NCBI GenBank assembly: GCA_964534375.1
Contig: CAZHPN010000069.1
Location: 1-27,532 of the forward strand
Length of the DNA: 27,532 bases
Source: an uncultured bacterium
Lineage (GTDB): Bacteria; Lernaellota; Lernaellaia; Lernaellales; Lernaellaceae
Reading direction: 5' to 3'
The notes beneath the pieces were generated by a model. The model did no database searches. It was not told the origin of the DNA and saw only the letters and a program-made list of their open reading frames with translations. Shown piece after piece: positions 1 to 10,400 of this stretch. The translations under genes and the position numbers were made by a program. Each line of letters starts with the position of its first letter. Position 1 is the first letter of the stretch.

Positions 1-63
1 CGCCGACCGCGGAAAGGGGGCGATCAAGAAGAAAAATTAGATGCGTTTACCCTGGCTGAAATG

Positions 64-147
64 CCGGCCTGCGGCCGACCTCTCCCAGAGGGAGAGGTGA
101 AGACGGCCTCACCCGGCCTGCGGCCGACCTCTCCCAGAGGGAGAGGT
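64..147. repeat. Two identical 35-bp REP-like palindromic units (period 49 bp)
   Basis: CCGGCCTGCGGCCGACCTCTCCCAGAGGGAGAGGT at 64-98 and 113-147; each contains the hairpin ACCTCTCCC-AGA-GGGAGAGGT; lies just past the stop at 149. Confidence 0.9.
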
Positions 148-148
148 T

Positions 149-1336
149 TCACGGCGATTCCGGTCCCGACCACAGCCAGCCTTCGCTGACCATGCAGCCC
201 TGGTCCGCGCAGTCGGTGACCATCAGGCTGACGTGAATCGCGCCGGCGTCGATCGTCAACGTGCGGCCGTTGTCGGCCGGCTTGACCTGCCCCTGGCCGA
301 AAGCGCGCGTCAATTCCCAGATCTTCTCTTGCACCTGCCGCGGGTTCCACCGTTCGGCGTGCAGCCGCGCGATGGCGGCCAAACCCAATTCGGGCGAGAA
401 ACCGAGGATCAACTCGCGCTTTTTCGCGGCGTCGTTCCAGGCGAGGGATTCGAGACCGGCGAAAAAATCGCTCGCGGCCGGCGTGCCGCCGAGGACGGCG
501 CGGGCGTCGGACGGGCTCGCGCCGAGGCGCAGGCCCTCGATCGAAAACGACTCCTCGGCCTTTTTCTGCATGCGCCGGCGCGAAACGTCCATCGCACGAT
601 ACGCCTCGCGATCGACAAACGCCGTCGCCACATTCTGGTCGCCGCCGCCGGATAGAAACACCTGCGTGTCCGGCGCGCGATATTCCAGAAACAGCCGTTC
701 GCCCTGCGACAGATCGGCCTCGGGGCGATAGCCGCGATCGAAGACTTTTCTGAGTTCCAGCGCCCGCGCGAGGTCGGCGGTCGCATAGTGAAAACGCACG
801 CGCAGCAGGCGCTCATTCCAGAACGTCAGCGAAATGCGTTCGACGCCGGCCGTCAACCATTCCGGCGCCGGCGCCTTGCCGGAGAACGGCCCGACGATCG
901 TCCACGTCTGACCAAGCGGGGTGTCGTAGGCGTCGAGTTGCCGATCCGCGTCGGGAAAGGCCTGCGCCATTTCCGCCACCGTCAAACCGAAATGCAACGG
1001 CCCCACCCGCCACGGCCCGCGTCCGCCGGGCACGCGCGTGCAGGCGGCGGCAAACAGGCACACGAAAATCGCAAGGCGGCAAAGCCGGCGCGAAATTGCC
1101 GATTGCGGATTGCGGATTGCGGAATGAACCGACGCGGCCCTTGCTCGCGGTGCAACGCTGCGAAAGGCGCCAAATTTCGCGGCTTCTTGCCGCGAATTCC
1201 TGGCTGAACAGCCCCTCTCCGCGTCGGCGAGGGGTTGTCCGGATGAAGAATTGCGGCAAGAAGCCGCGAAAGTCGGCAAGTTCAAAGCGACATTGTCGGC
1301 CGCGCCCAAAAAATCTTTTTGCAGAAACAACCTCAT
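149..1336 (-). CDS. Putative lipoprotein with two internal repeats; start uncertain (ATG 1336, or a start nearer 1090)
   Basis: 3' part of ORF 149..2743; hydrophobic stretch plus lipobox-like LAIFVCLFAAAC; repeated motifs VGPLHFGLTVAE and IEGLRLGASPSD; ATG at 1336 overlaps the rtcB TGA (ATGA). Confidence 0.65.
   Translation of the reverse strand: MRLFLQKDFLGAADNVALNLPTFAASCRNSSSGQPLADAERGCSARNSRQEAAKFGAFRSVAPRARAASVHSAIRNPQSAISRRLCRLAIFVCLFAAACTRVPGGRGPWRVGPLHFGLTVAEMAQAFPDADRQLDAYDTPLGQTWTIVGPFSGKAPAPEWLTAGVERISLTFWNERLLRVRFHYATADLARALELRKVFDRGYRPEADLSQGERLFLEYRAPDTQVFLSGGGDQNVATAFVDREAYRAMDVSRRRMQKKAEESFSIEGLRLGASPSDARAVLGGTPAASDFFAGLESLAWNDAAKKRELILGFSPELGLAAIARLHAERWNPRQVQEKIWELTRAFGQGQVKPADNGRTLTIDAGAIHVSLMVTDCADQGCMVSEGWLWSGPESP
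1095..1122. repeat. Heptamer tandem repeat (ATTGCGG)x4, first unit with one mismatch
   Basis: ATTGCCG ATTGCGG ATTGCGG ATTGCGG read directly; encodes SAIRNPQSAI on the minus strand. Confidence 0.9.
1175..1271. repeat. About 97-bp imperfect palindrome (REP/MITE-like or structured RNA)
   Basis: Perfect 19-bp inverted repeat TTTCGCGGCTTCTTGCCGC (1175-1193) / GCGGCAAGAAGCCGCGAAA (1253-1271), with inner arms ACAGCCCCTC (1208-1217) / GAGGGGTTGT (1229-1238). Confidence 0.85.
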
Positions 1337-2772
1337 CCCTTGACGACCGCGAGCGGCCGCAGGCGTGCGACCCGGCGCGCCAGGCCCGCTTCCGCGACGA
1401 CGTGCACCACGGCGTCGACGTCTTTGTAGGCCTCGGGCATTTCCTCGGCGAGCCCGTTGCGGTCGTGGGCGCGCACCACGACGCCCGCGCGGCGCAGTTC
1501 GTCGGCGATCGAGCGGCCCCGCGCGCGCTTCACCGCCGCTTTGCGCGACAGCACCCGGCCGGCGCCGTGGCACGACGAGCCGAACGATTCCTGCATCGCC
1601 CGCTCCGTGCCGGCCAAGACCCAACTCGCGGTGCCCATGTCGCCCGGAATCAGCACCGGCTGGCCGACGTGGCGGTAACGCGCCGGGATCTCCGGCCGGC
1701 CGGGGCCGAACGACCGCGTCGCGCCTTTGCGGTGCACGACGAGCCGGCGCGGCTTGCCGTCGACTTCGTGCGTCTCGAACTTGGCGATGTTGTGCGCGAC
1801 GTCGTAGAGCGTGCGCAGGCCGAGTTCGCGCGGCGACAGCGACAGCGCCTCCAGCAGCGCGCGCGCCGCCCGCGCCATCAGAATCTGGCGATTCGCGAAG
1901 GCGAAATTGGCCGCGGCGGCCATTGCCGACAAATAGCGCCGGCCTTCCGCGCTCGCCGCGTGCGCGCAGGCCAATTGGCGATCGGGCAGCGCGATATTGT
2001 GGTCGCGCACATACCGCGCCATCGTCGCCAGAAAATCGTCGCAGGTCTGGTGGCCGAGGCGGCGGCTGCCGCTGTGCACGAGCACGGTGACCTGCCCGAC
2101 GCGCAAGCCGCACGCCGCGGCGGCCTCGGCGTCGAAAATCTCTTCGACGTATCCGGTTTCGACGAAATGGTTGCCGCTGCCCAACGTGCCGAGTTGGTCT
2201 TTGCCGCGTTCGCAGGCGCGCTCGCTGACCGCGTCGGGGTCGGCGCCCGGAATGACGCCGTTGCTTTCGAGAAATTCGAGGTCGGCCGCGTCGCCCCAGC
2301 CGTCGCGCACCGCCCAGGCCGCGCCGTCCGCGAGCACGCGGTTCATGTCGTGGCGCGAAACCTGGCGGTCGCCGCCGCGCCCGAGCCCCGCCGGCACGAG
2401 GGCGAACAGCGCATCGGCAAGGCGGTCGAGTTCGCGTTCGACGTCGGGTTTGTCCAAGGCGGTGGTCGCCAGGCGCACGCCGCAATTGATGTCGTAGCCG
2501 ACGCCGCCGGGCGAGACGACGCCCTCGTCGGCGTCGAAGGCCGCGACGCCGCCGATCGGAAAGCCGTAGCCCCAATGGATATCGGGCATCGCCAGGCTGG
2601 CGCGGACGATGCCCGGCAGATGCGCCACATTGCGCACTTGCTTGACCGCTTCGTCGTTTTTGATGTCGGGTTCCAGCCGCGCGTCGGCATACACGAGCCC
2701 GTCGACCCGCATGCCGCCGGATTTCGGCAGGCAAACCCGCCATTCATCGAGACGCTGCCAGTCCGCGCCCAT
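1333..2772 (-). CDS. rtcB: RNA ligase RtcB (long, archaeal/eukaryal-like form), 479 aa
   Basis: Motifs MPDIHWGYGFPIGG, SPGGVGYDINCGVRL, GTLGSGNHF, HSGSR, HNIAK, HRKGAT, SSCHGAGR, EEMPEAYKDV. Confidence 0.97.
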   Translation of the reverse strand: MGADWQRLDEWRVCLPKSGGMRVDGLVYADARLEPDIKNDEAVKQVRNVAHLPGIVRASLAMPDIHWGYGFPIGGVAAFDADEGVVSPGGVGYDINCGVRLATTALDKPDVERELDRLADALFALVPAGLGRGGDRQVSRHDMNRVLADGAAWAVRDGWGDAADLEFLESNGVIPGADPDAVSERACERGKDQLGTLGSGNHFVETGYVEEIFDAEAAAACGLRVGQVTVLVHSGSRRLGHQTCDDFLATMARYVRDHNIALPDRQLACAHAASAEGRRYLSAMAAAANFAFANRQILMARAARALLEALSLSPRELGLRTLYDVAHNIAKFETHEVDGKPRRLVVHRKGATRSFGPGRPEIPARYRHVGQPVLIPGDMGTASWVLAGTERAMQESFGSSCHGAGRVLSRKAAVKRARGRSIADELRRAGVVVRAHDRNGLAEEMPEAYKDVDAVVHVVAEAGLARRVARLRPLAVVKG

Positions 2773-2774
2773 CT

Positions 2775-3851
2775 TTATTGCTCGAAATAAAGCATGGCGG
2801 CGATGGCCCGCCCCTGCTCTTCGTCAACGCGGCCGTCTTTGGCGACCGTGATTTTCGCGTCCATCACCAGGCGGTACAGCATCGGGTCGGCCACCAGCAG
2901 GCGCACGATTTTTTGTTCGAGCCGCGAGCACGAGCCGATCGGGTCGATGATTTCGCCGTAGCGGCCGTTCCGCGCCTCGATCGTCACCTGGGCGCCGTCG
3001 ATGACGCCCGTGATGTCGAACGCCCGCGGATGGCGGTACTTCTGCCCCCCGAGCCAATCGACGATTTTCACCTCGACGTCGGTCGCCTCTTGCGGCGGGG
3101 CGCCGTCGGTCACCATCATCAGGCTGCGCGCCGCCTCACCTCCCAGTTTCTTAACACGCACCACCTGCTGAAAGTTGATCGACCGCCGCGCGCCGGCCAC
3201 GTAAAGCGACAGCCAGTTCCGCGAGAAACTGAAATAGGCCCTGTTCGACCAGCAATGGTCGGCGTATCCCCATCCGGCCAATTTAATGCTTTTGCCGCCG
3301 GCGACCACCGTCCCCGACACGCGGCCGCGCGGCGCCGGCATGATCCAGTTCCAACTGTCCTGCCCGCGGCCGACCATCAGGCGGCCGGACCCGCTCTTCC
3401 AAACCGGCGCGGTCGGCGACAAGGTCAGGTCGGCCTGCACAGTCCCTTCCTGCACAAGCAGGCGCACGGCGCCGCCCTCGCGCCAGAGCCGCGCGCCGCC
3501 GATTTGCACGTCGAAGCCGTCGGTCGCCGCATGAAAGCGGCTGTTGTCGATGCGCAATTCGTTGGCGAAGACACTCCCGTCCGGCGCGTAATACGAAACG
3601 CTGAAGCCGGGGTTGTTGTCGTATAGTCCCGCGTTGCTGACCATCATCACGCCGTAAAAAAAACCGCCGTCGTCGGTTTTTGCATGAAAAATCCAATTCT
3701 CCATGTACATTTTTTCCGAGTGCGGATGCCAGCGGCCCGCCTCCGCCGGCGCCAGCGGCGGCTGCCCGATGAAGCCGCCGGAATCGGCGCCGGCCCACAG
3801 GACGCCCGCGCCGCCGAGCAACGCCAGCGCAGCCAGGAGCCACTTACCCAT
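2775..3851 (-). CDS. Secreted AttH/CrtC/Svf1-like (lipocalin-like barrel) protein, 358 aa
   Basis: Signal peptide MGKWLLAALALLGGAGVLWA; ENWIFH and GWGYADHCW motifs typical of the AttH-like/tocopherol cyclase superfamily; start overlaps the upstream thioesterase stop. Confidence 0.7.
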   Translation of the reverse strand: MGKWLLAALALLGGAGVLWAGADSGGFIGQPPLAPAEAGRWHPHSEKMYMENWIFHAKTDDGGFFYGVMMVSNAGLYDNNPGFSVSYYAPDGSVFANELRIDNSRFHAATDGFDVQIGGARLWREGGAVRLLVQEGTVQADLTLSPTAPVWKSGSGRLMVGRGQDSWNWIMPAPRGRVSGTVVAGGKSIKLAGWGYADHCWSNRAYFSFSRNWLSLYVAGARRSINFQQVVRVKKLGGEAARSLMMVTDGAPPQEATDVEVKIVDWLGGQKYRHPRAFDITGVIDGAQVTIEARNGRYGEIIDPIGSCSRLEQKIVRLLVADPMLYRLVMDAKITVAKDGRVDEEQGRAIAAMLYFEQ

Positions 3852-4281
3852 GGTCCTTGTACTCCCGCTCGAGGGCCAGCGCGCGCAACGATTCGATGTA
3901 CTCCCGCGGCGGGCGCTTCAGCGCGCCCGCGCGATTCGTGAAGGCGTGGCGCGTGTACCCCTGGGCGCAGATTTCGCCGGCGCCGCCGTAAATGCGGAAT
4001 TCGAACCGGATTGAAGCGCTGCGCACCCATTTTTGATTGAGCCATACTTCGACCGTCAGCGGTTCGTCGAACCGCGCCGGTTTTTTGTGCTCGAGATGCG
4101 CCTCGACGATGATGATGCAGTATTCCAGTTCCAGAAACATCGCCAGCGGCGGCGTCGAGTATTTGCGGAACCATTCCGTGCGCCCGAGGTCCACCATGCG
4201 CAGGAAATTCGCGTGGTAGACGATGCCCATCGCGTCGGTGTCCGCGAAGATCACCCGATACGGAACACGAATTGCGGCCAT
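3844..4281 (-). CDS. Acyl-CoA thioesterase, YbgC/4HBT hot-dog family, 145 aa
   Basis: RVIFADTDAMGIVYHANFL signature, KPARFD; GGAGG RBS upstream. Confidence 0.92.
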   Translation of the reverse strand: MAAIRVPYRVIFADTDAMGIVYHANFLRMVDLGRTEWFRKYSTPPLAMFLELEYCIIIVEAHLEHKKPARFDEPLTVEVWLNQKWVRSASIRFEFRIYGGAGEICAQGYTRHAFTNRAGALKRPPREYIESLRALALEREYKDHG

Positions 4282-4375
4282 GTCGCCTCCGAGTACGTTG
4301 GAAGCCGGATATTAGCAGAAAGCGGCGGCGGTTTTGCAAGTGGGCGCCGGGGCGCCTCAGGCCCGGGCCGATGGC

Positions 4376-4407
4376 AAAAGAAAGCCCGGCGTTTGGGACG
4401 CCGGGCT
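4376..4407 (-). terminator. Intrinsic terminator of the minor-pilin operon
   Basis: Minus strand AGCCCGGCGT-CCCAA-ACGCCGGGCT (10-bp stem) followed by TTCTTTT, 36 nt after the stop at 4444. Confidence 0.8.
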
Positions 4408-4443
4408 GGTTGGTTGCGATCGCCGCGATTCGGCGCCGTAATT

Positions 4444-7400
4444 CTATGGCGTCGGCGCGGGCGTCGGCGACGGCGGCTGCCCGGGAGGCTGCGAATTCGA
4501 ATTGTTCGGCGCCGGGGTCGGCGAATTCGCGTCCTGCGGCGTTGGGTTGGTCGGCCGCACCGGCAGGCGCGGTCGCTTATTCTCCGGCGTGGGCACGTAG
4601 GGCTTGCGCGTAGGCGGCTGCACCTTATCCGAATCGTTCACTTCGTTTGGCACGTGCGCCAGCGCCGACGGCGAATGCCGGTGCAGCAGTTTGAGTTGAT
4701 CCGCCACTGTCTTCGGGCGAGCGATTTCGACGCCGCGCGGCCAGGGCTTGCCGATAAACGCGCCGGTCGGCTGGTCGGGACCGCGCCGCTCATCGCTGTC
4801 GCGATCTCGGCGACGCGTCGGCGGGTCGGGGTAATTGGGCGGGGACAATCCGGGAGGCGGGCACTCGCCGCAATACGGATGCACGCGAACGTTCGAGAAG
4901 TAGAAGCCGTCGTTTCCCTGTTGGGGATCGGGATTCGAGCCGTGCATGTCTTCGGGGTTCACGTACGGATCGGACCAGAACCCGAGGCGACCGACGCCGG
5001 TCGGGAACGTCGGGCTGAGGCCCGGATCCGCCATCCCCGGCGTCAAGTCCGAATTGTAGAAGTTGCACTGCTCGCCGGCGCAATTGGGCACGTGGCTCGG
5101 CGCGCACGGCACCCCGGAGATCAACGGCGGCACGTATTGTTGCAGGTTGTTCCACGCCCGGTTCGTCGTCGTGTACCCCAACTGCGGTTTGACGTTGGCC
5201 TGGTACATATCGCCGCACTGGCCGTTCATGTCGCTGCAGGTCGGCTTCTGGAAATCGCGGACGCCCGGGTACTGCCAGCCGTTGCCGCCGGACCAGTCGG
5301 GCTCGGACCACCAATACAGGTACATCTGGTTCGTCGTGGCGTTCGTGCAAACGAGAACCTGGTTGACCCACCACTGGTCGTCGTAGCAGCCCGTCTTCGT
5401 TACGCCGGTGTCCCCGTACTTGCAGATGTTCGTTTCGATGTTGAAGTTGCCGCCCGGACAGTCGCCCTGCGTGCAGTTGTACTGCGACGTCGCCTCGACC
5501 TGGTAGTCGGGCCACGCGAGGTAACCGACGCGATAGCCGACGGTGGCGCCGTCGCGCATATCCTGTTCGAGGAACCACGTATCCGGGGCGGTCGACAGGT
5601 CGTAGCTCGGCGACGGCCGACCGCGGACGGCCAGACCCATGCGCCGCTGCACGATATTGCTGCGCCAGTGCCAGTGCATCAGGAAGTTTTGCTGAACCTG
5701 GGCGGTATTGGCGCCGCAGTACGCATTGCCGCTTTGGTCCTGGAAGTTCGACCACAAGAAGGCCCGCGGGAACAACGCCAGCAGATCTGCCGAGCAGTTC
5801 TGGTAGAACCGGTCTTCGTAGAAGAACCGCGTAATGCCATCGTAGCCCGGCCACAGCGGTTGGGGTTCGACCGAGGAGTCGCAGGGGCCGCAATCCGGAC
5901 TGCAACCGCCGCCGAAGGGACCATCGTAATAACAGACGTCGAGGCTGCTGTCATGGCATCCGTTGTCGCCGCACAGGCAGTTATTGCAGTCGTCGCCGGA
6001 GCAGGCGCAAAACACGTTGTAGAACGACGTCAATCCGAGCGTGTAGACGCAGTGGGGAGACAGCGCGAAGAAATCGCCGAGGGTGGTGATGTTGATCGCC
6101 TTGTAAACACTCGGGAACGTATACCGGTCGCCCCGCTGATTCGGCAGCCGGCACATATTCGGATCGAGGTCCAGGAAGCCGTACGGCTCGGGGGCGGCGT
6201 CGTTGACGCCGGGAATGCCCTGGCCGAGCCATAACGGATGTCCGGCCTGACCGTTCGCCGGATCGCTGTAGCAATCCTCCCAGACGATGTTGTGATTGAA
6301 CGGGTAGAAGTAACTCGCGCTGGTTCCGGGCGAGGTGTCCCAGTTCGATTGGTAGAAGTTGTTCGGAATCACGGTCAACCAATTGTTCGGAACCGACCAG
6401 TACGGGTGTGCGCTGTTTAGCTGCAGCGGCACGCCGCAGACGCCGTCAGCGGGATTGCCGCCGCAGTTCGGGCAGACGGGATAGCCCTTGCTCCCGCAAT
6501 ATGCCGCGCCGCTTCCTGGGTACGAGCTGTCGTTCTGCATATTGTCGGGCGTCCACAGATAGGAGAGCCAGCGGTAGTTGCCGCCGCCCGCACGATTGCC
6601 AAAGTCGCCGATTGCGTTGTTCGTCGGAGGCCAATAGGTCAGGCTCCCGGCGCCGCCGTAATCCATGTCCCATGGGCCGGCGCCGGCCGCGCCCGTGTTA
6701 TTCCACCACGGATAGCAAGTGTTCGTGCTGCTGAAATTGGCCACGAGGTAATTGCCCGGGTCGACCAATTCGCGGCAGAACGTCGCCGATGGGCCGATCG
6801 CGCCCGAGGCGCAGGTGTACGGCAACTGGCTGCCGTAGGTCGTTCGCACTTGAACGACATACTTGTAGGCGTAATTGCCGTCGAGATACTCCTTGAACAG
6901 CCAACGCCGGGGGTCTTGCGGATGCGTATCCACTTCTTCAAAGGCGCCGTTGAGGAATTGCTGATAGGCGCCCTGAACGACGCCCGGCTGCGTAGGATCG
7001 AACTGGTAACTCCAGCAGTAGCTAAAGGGATGCCCCTCGGCGCTGGTCGCCACGCACTGCAAGTTCCAAACGTTGTTGCCGCCGAAAGGAGCGAAATTCT
7101 GCGAACTGGCGCCGCCGGCCCACTTGGTGTTCGGCGTCAGCATATATTGCACGGGATTATTTTGCGGCGCGTACGCCGGCGAATTGATGAAGGTATTCCA
7201 ATCGATGACGTTGGACGCCGGCTGCGAGTAACGCTTGACCACCCAGTACAGGCTCGCGTCCTGCGTCTGGCTGCGCTTGTAGCTTGTCTGCGGGCTCGGC
7301 AGCCGATCGTACAGGTAGAAACCGAAGGCGCCCGTCGTGCAGTCCGAGCCGAATTCGTTCGCCGAAACGCCGGCCGCGTTGCATCCGGGCGCGTTCCACG

Positions 7401-10400
7401 GCGGCTCCGCCACGCCGTTGGGCAAGCTGACCGGCGTCGCGTTCGGCGCCGACCCGTTCGGCACGCACGCCCCTGGCGTATTCGGCCGGTCGATAATGAT
7501 GGAAGTCGGTCCGTAGGACTCCGGCGTCGAGATGCCGAGCAAGACCAGCCGGATGCCGCATTCCGTCGACGTCGACGCCAACTCCTGTTGCGGGCACGCG
7601 TACCAGAGGCTGTATTCGTCTTCTTCGCCGACCCGGCCCACCGTCGTTGTGTCCTCAAAAACCGAATTTCCCGCCCCGTCGCCGCCCGGCACCAGACCGC
7701 CAAGGTTCCCCGTCGACCAACCGCCGCCCCCGCCGACAACCCGATACGACAGGAGACCGTTGTCGAACGGCACCGAGCCGTCGGCGATAACGCCCGAAGC
7801 GTAGGCGTAGACATATTCGCCGCTGTTGGCGCCGCTCTGCGCGTTCCCGTTGATGACCGCGGTTCCGCCCTTCGCCGATTGCTGTTCGAGAAAGTCCGTC
7901 GTCGAAGGAATCGGCGCGACGGAGTAGTTCGCGTCCAGCGAGCCCGAGCACACGGAGCTGCAGTCATAGAACACCCGCTGGTTGCACGAGGCGCCGAATC
8001 CCTGCCACGTGCCCGAGTTCGGGAAATAAACGGGGTTGCCGTTGCCGTCGGCATAGAGGGCGGCCGCCACCATGTACACGTAGTTCGGCGTCTGGGAGTA
8101 GTCGTTGTAGGCCGGCGGCAGCGACCCGCCCGACCCCGGCGGAGTGCCGGGAGGAATGGTCGGCTGGTTGGGAGACGGTTGGGGCCAATTGCCCGCAACC
8201 AACTGCCAGTCGTTGTTTGTATCTCGGTTGCCGGCGCTCAAGTTTTGGTCGACCCAGTACGCTTGGAGCTGCGAGTCGTTTTCCGTCCAGGTCCACGAAA
8301 GTTTCGTCTGGGCCGTCATCTGATTCACCTGGAGGGAAAGGTCTGTTGGGAACATAATCAGCGTTCCCTGAGGACCGCCCTGGGTGATGAAGAGACCGGA
8401 ATTGGGATCGGGGATGTTATACGTCGACGGATCCGTGAGAGCGCCCGGCCATTCCCACGTCCGGTACACGAAGTAGTTCGACGGAATCATGAAGGTGTTC
8501 GACGAGCAGAACTGACTCAAGCTCGAATTCCACTGCAACGAGATGGCCACCGATTCGTTCGTCACCAGACTGTCGCCGGGATCGAGTTCGTTGGACGACG
8601 TGTCCGCGCCCGTGAAATAGAGCGGCGGCGAGAACAGCGGCCGCGGTACGCTCGTGTTATTCTTGGTGGCGTCGAACGTTTGTACGACGTAGCCGCCGCA
8701 CTGGGTCACCAGATGGGCCGGCTGCGACAGGCAATCGGCCGGTTCGCCGTCTTCCGGGTTGGCGTGGTACGATTTCACCACGTAGTGGTACATGTTCTCG
8801 GTGCAGGCGTTATTCGTGACGTTGCCCGGTTGGCAAATCCCGAATTGCGAGCCGGTCAGCGGCGGCGGCGAGCCGGCGGATTTGCCGGTTGCGCCCTCTT
8901 CGTCGCGCCAGATGTAATACGTGGCGCCGCCATTGGTCCATTTGAAGAAGCTGAACTGTGCGGCTTGCGGCGATTGCACGGTCGCGTACTCCGCCTCCCA
9001 AATTGTCGTCGGCGATCGAATCACACCGTTGAAGGTAACCATGACGTTGGTGAGATCGAAGGCGGTCGACGGGACGACCTGGGCGATCGGCACCGTCCCC
9101 GTGGTGGTGTCCGGCGAACTGCCGGGACCCGTCTCCGTATTGTACAGACCACGGTAAATCCAGTAGGAATCGACTTCGCTCGCGTTCGGCGCCCCAGTCC
9201 ACTCCAACGTGATGCTGCCGAACATCGTCGGGTTGGACTGCGACGTGCGGCAGGCCGAGGGGAACCCGGTCAGCGCGGAAGGCGTGTTGCCGCCAATGCA
9301 CGCCGTGATGACCAAGGGGCACGGGGTGCTGATGGCGCCCGGCGACTTGGCGTCGCTGCTGACCGCTTCCACGCGGAAACATTGCGAAAAATATGCGAAG
9401 GTGGTAACGCCGTTGACGACGACCGAGTAGGTCGGGGCGTCGTTGGTGGCGTAAGTGTAATCGGGCGTACCGGGGACGTGCCCCCCCGCGGTGCCGTGCG
9501 CCGGCACGATCGCGAGGAACTGGTAATCGCCGGGCTCCGCCGCTCCGCCCTTGTAAAGCTTCCGATCGATTTCGTACCACAGCACGTTGTTGGCGCTGGA
9601 GGGATCGTACGTGTTGCTGTCGTTGAACGCCCCGTCGTCCGGGCTCTTGAACCAAGTGAGCTTGATGTTGGCGTCGCAGCAATCGACGGTGGCGACCACG
9701 TTGGACGGGTCGCGCGGCACACCGCCGGGATTCGGCGGACCGGACTTCACGAGGTTGCGGGGCTCGATGGCCGTCCGGACTTCGCTTTCGTGGAAGTGAT
9801 AACCGACGGCCCGCGGATTGTTGTAGTTTGGATCCGGGTTCTTGGAAATGGTGGTGATCGTCAATTCGATGTGGTGCAGCGCGTAGTCCAGAACGTTGCG
9901 GTCGATCTGGCCGTTCAGGTTATAATCCTGCCAGGTTCCGGAAACCATTTCGTCGTTGGAATTCGCACTGACCAGGAAGACGGCCCCGGCTTCCGGGGTA
10001 TAGGCGCCGCCGAAGTTCGGTTGGTAGCTGTACGAGCCGGTCAGCAGGTTGCCGATTTCCTGGCTGCTCAGGGCGCCGTTGCCGGCCACGTTGCCCCACA
10101 AGGTGTCGGGCTGGGTGGCGTCGAAGTTCCACGCCCCCCAATAGGTGAACATCGGCACGAGCCGTTGCGGCGTCGAATCGCTGGGGTTGTTGGAGGGGAA
10201 ATAGCCAACCTCGGTGCCGTTTTCGACGCCGTCGAAATGCACGCCGTAGGCGACCAACTGATCGTTCAGCACCGGCGTGGTCGCATTGATCTGGCGGCGG
10301 AGCACGCGTTCGTACGGCGAATAACTGAAATTCATGCCCTGGCTGATCGCATCGCCGCCGGGTTGCGGATTCGACATGTAATAGCGGACGGTTTGGGCGT

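Noticed and set aside
2..40. Possible 3' end of a convergent plus-strand gene (ADRGKGAIKKKN*)
   Set aside because: Too short to support a call.
64..147. Possible CRISPR array
   Set aside because: Only two repeats, a 14-bp spacer and no cas genes in the window.
1337..2743. N-terminal half of the 864-aa ORF 149..2743 as a fusion or overlapping gene
   Set aside because: Alternative frame over rtcB with Arg-rich low-information sequence; only the part from 1336 down is plausible.
4309..4339. Sigma70-like promoter for the thioesterase operon (TTGCAA..TAATAT, minus strand)
   Set aside because: The 19-nt spacer is suboptimal; plausible as an extended -10 but not well supported.
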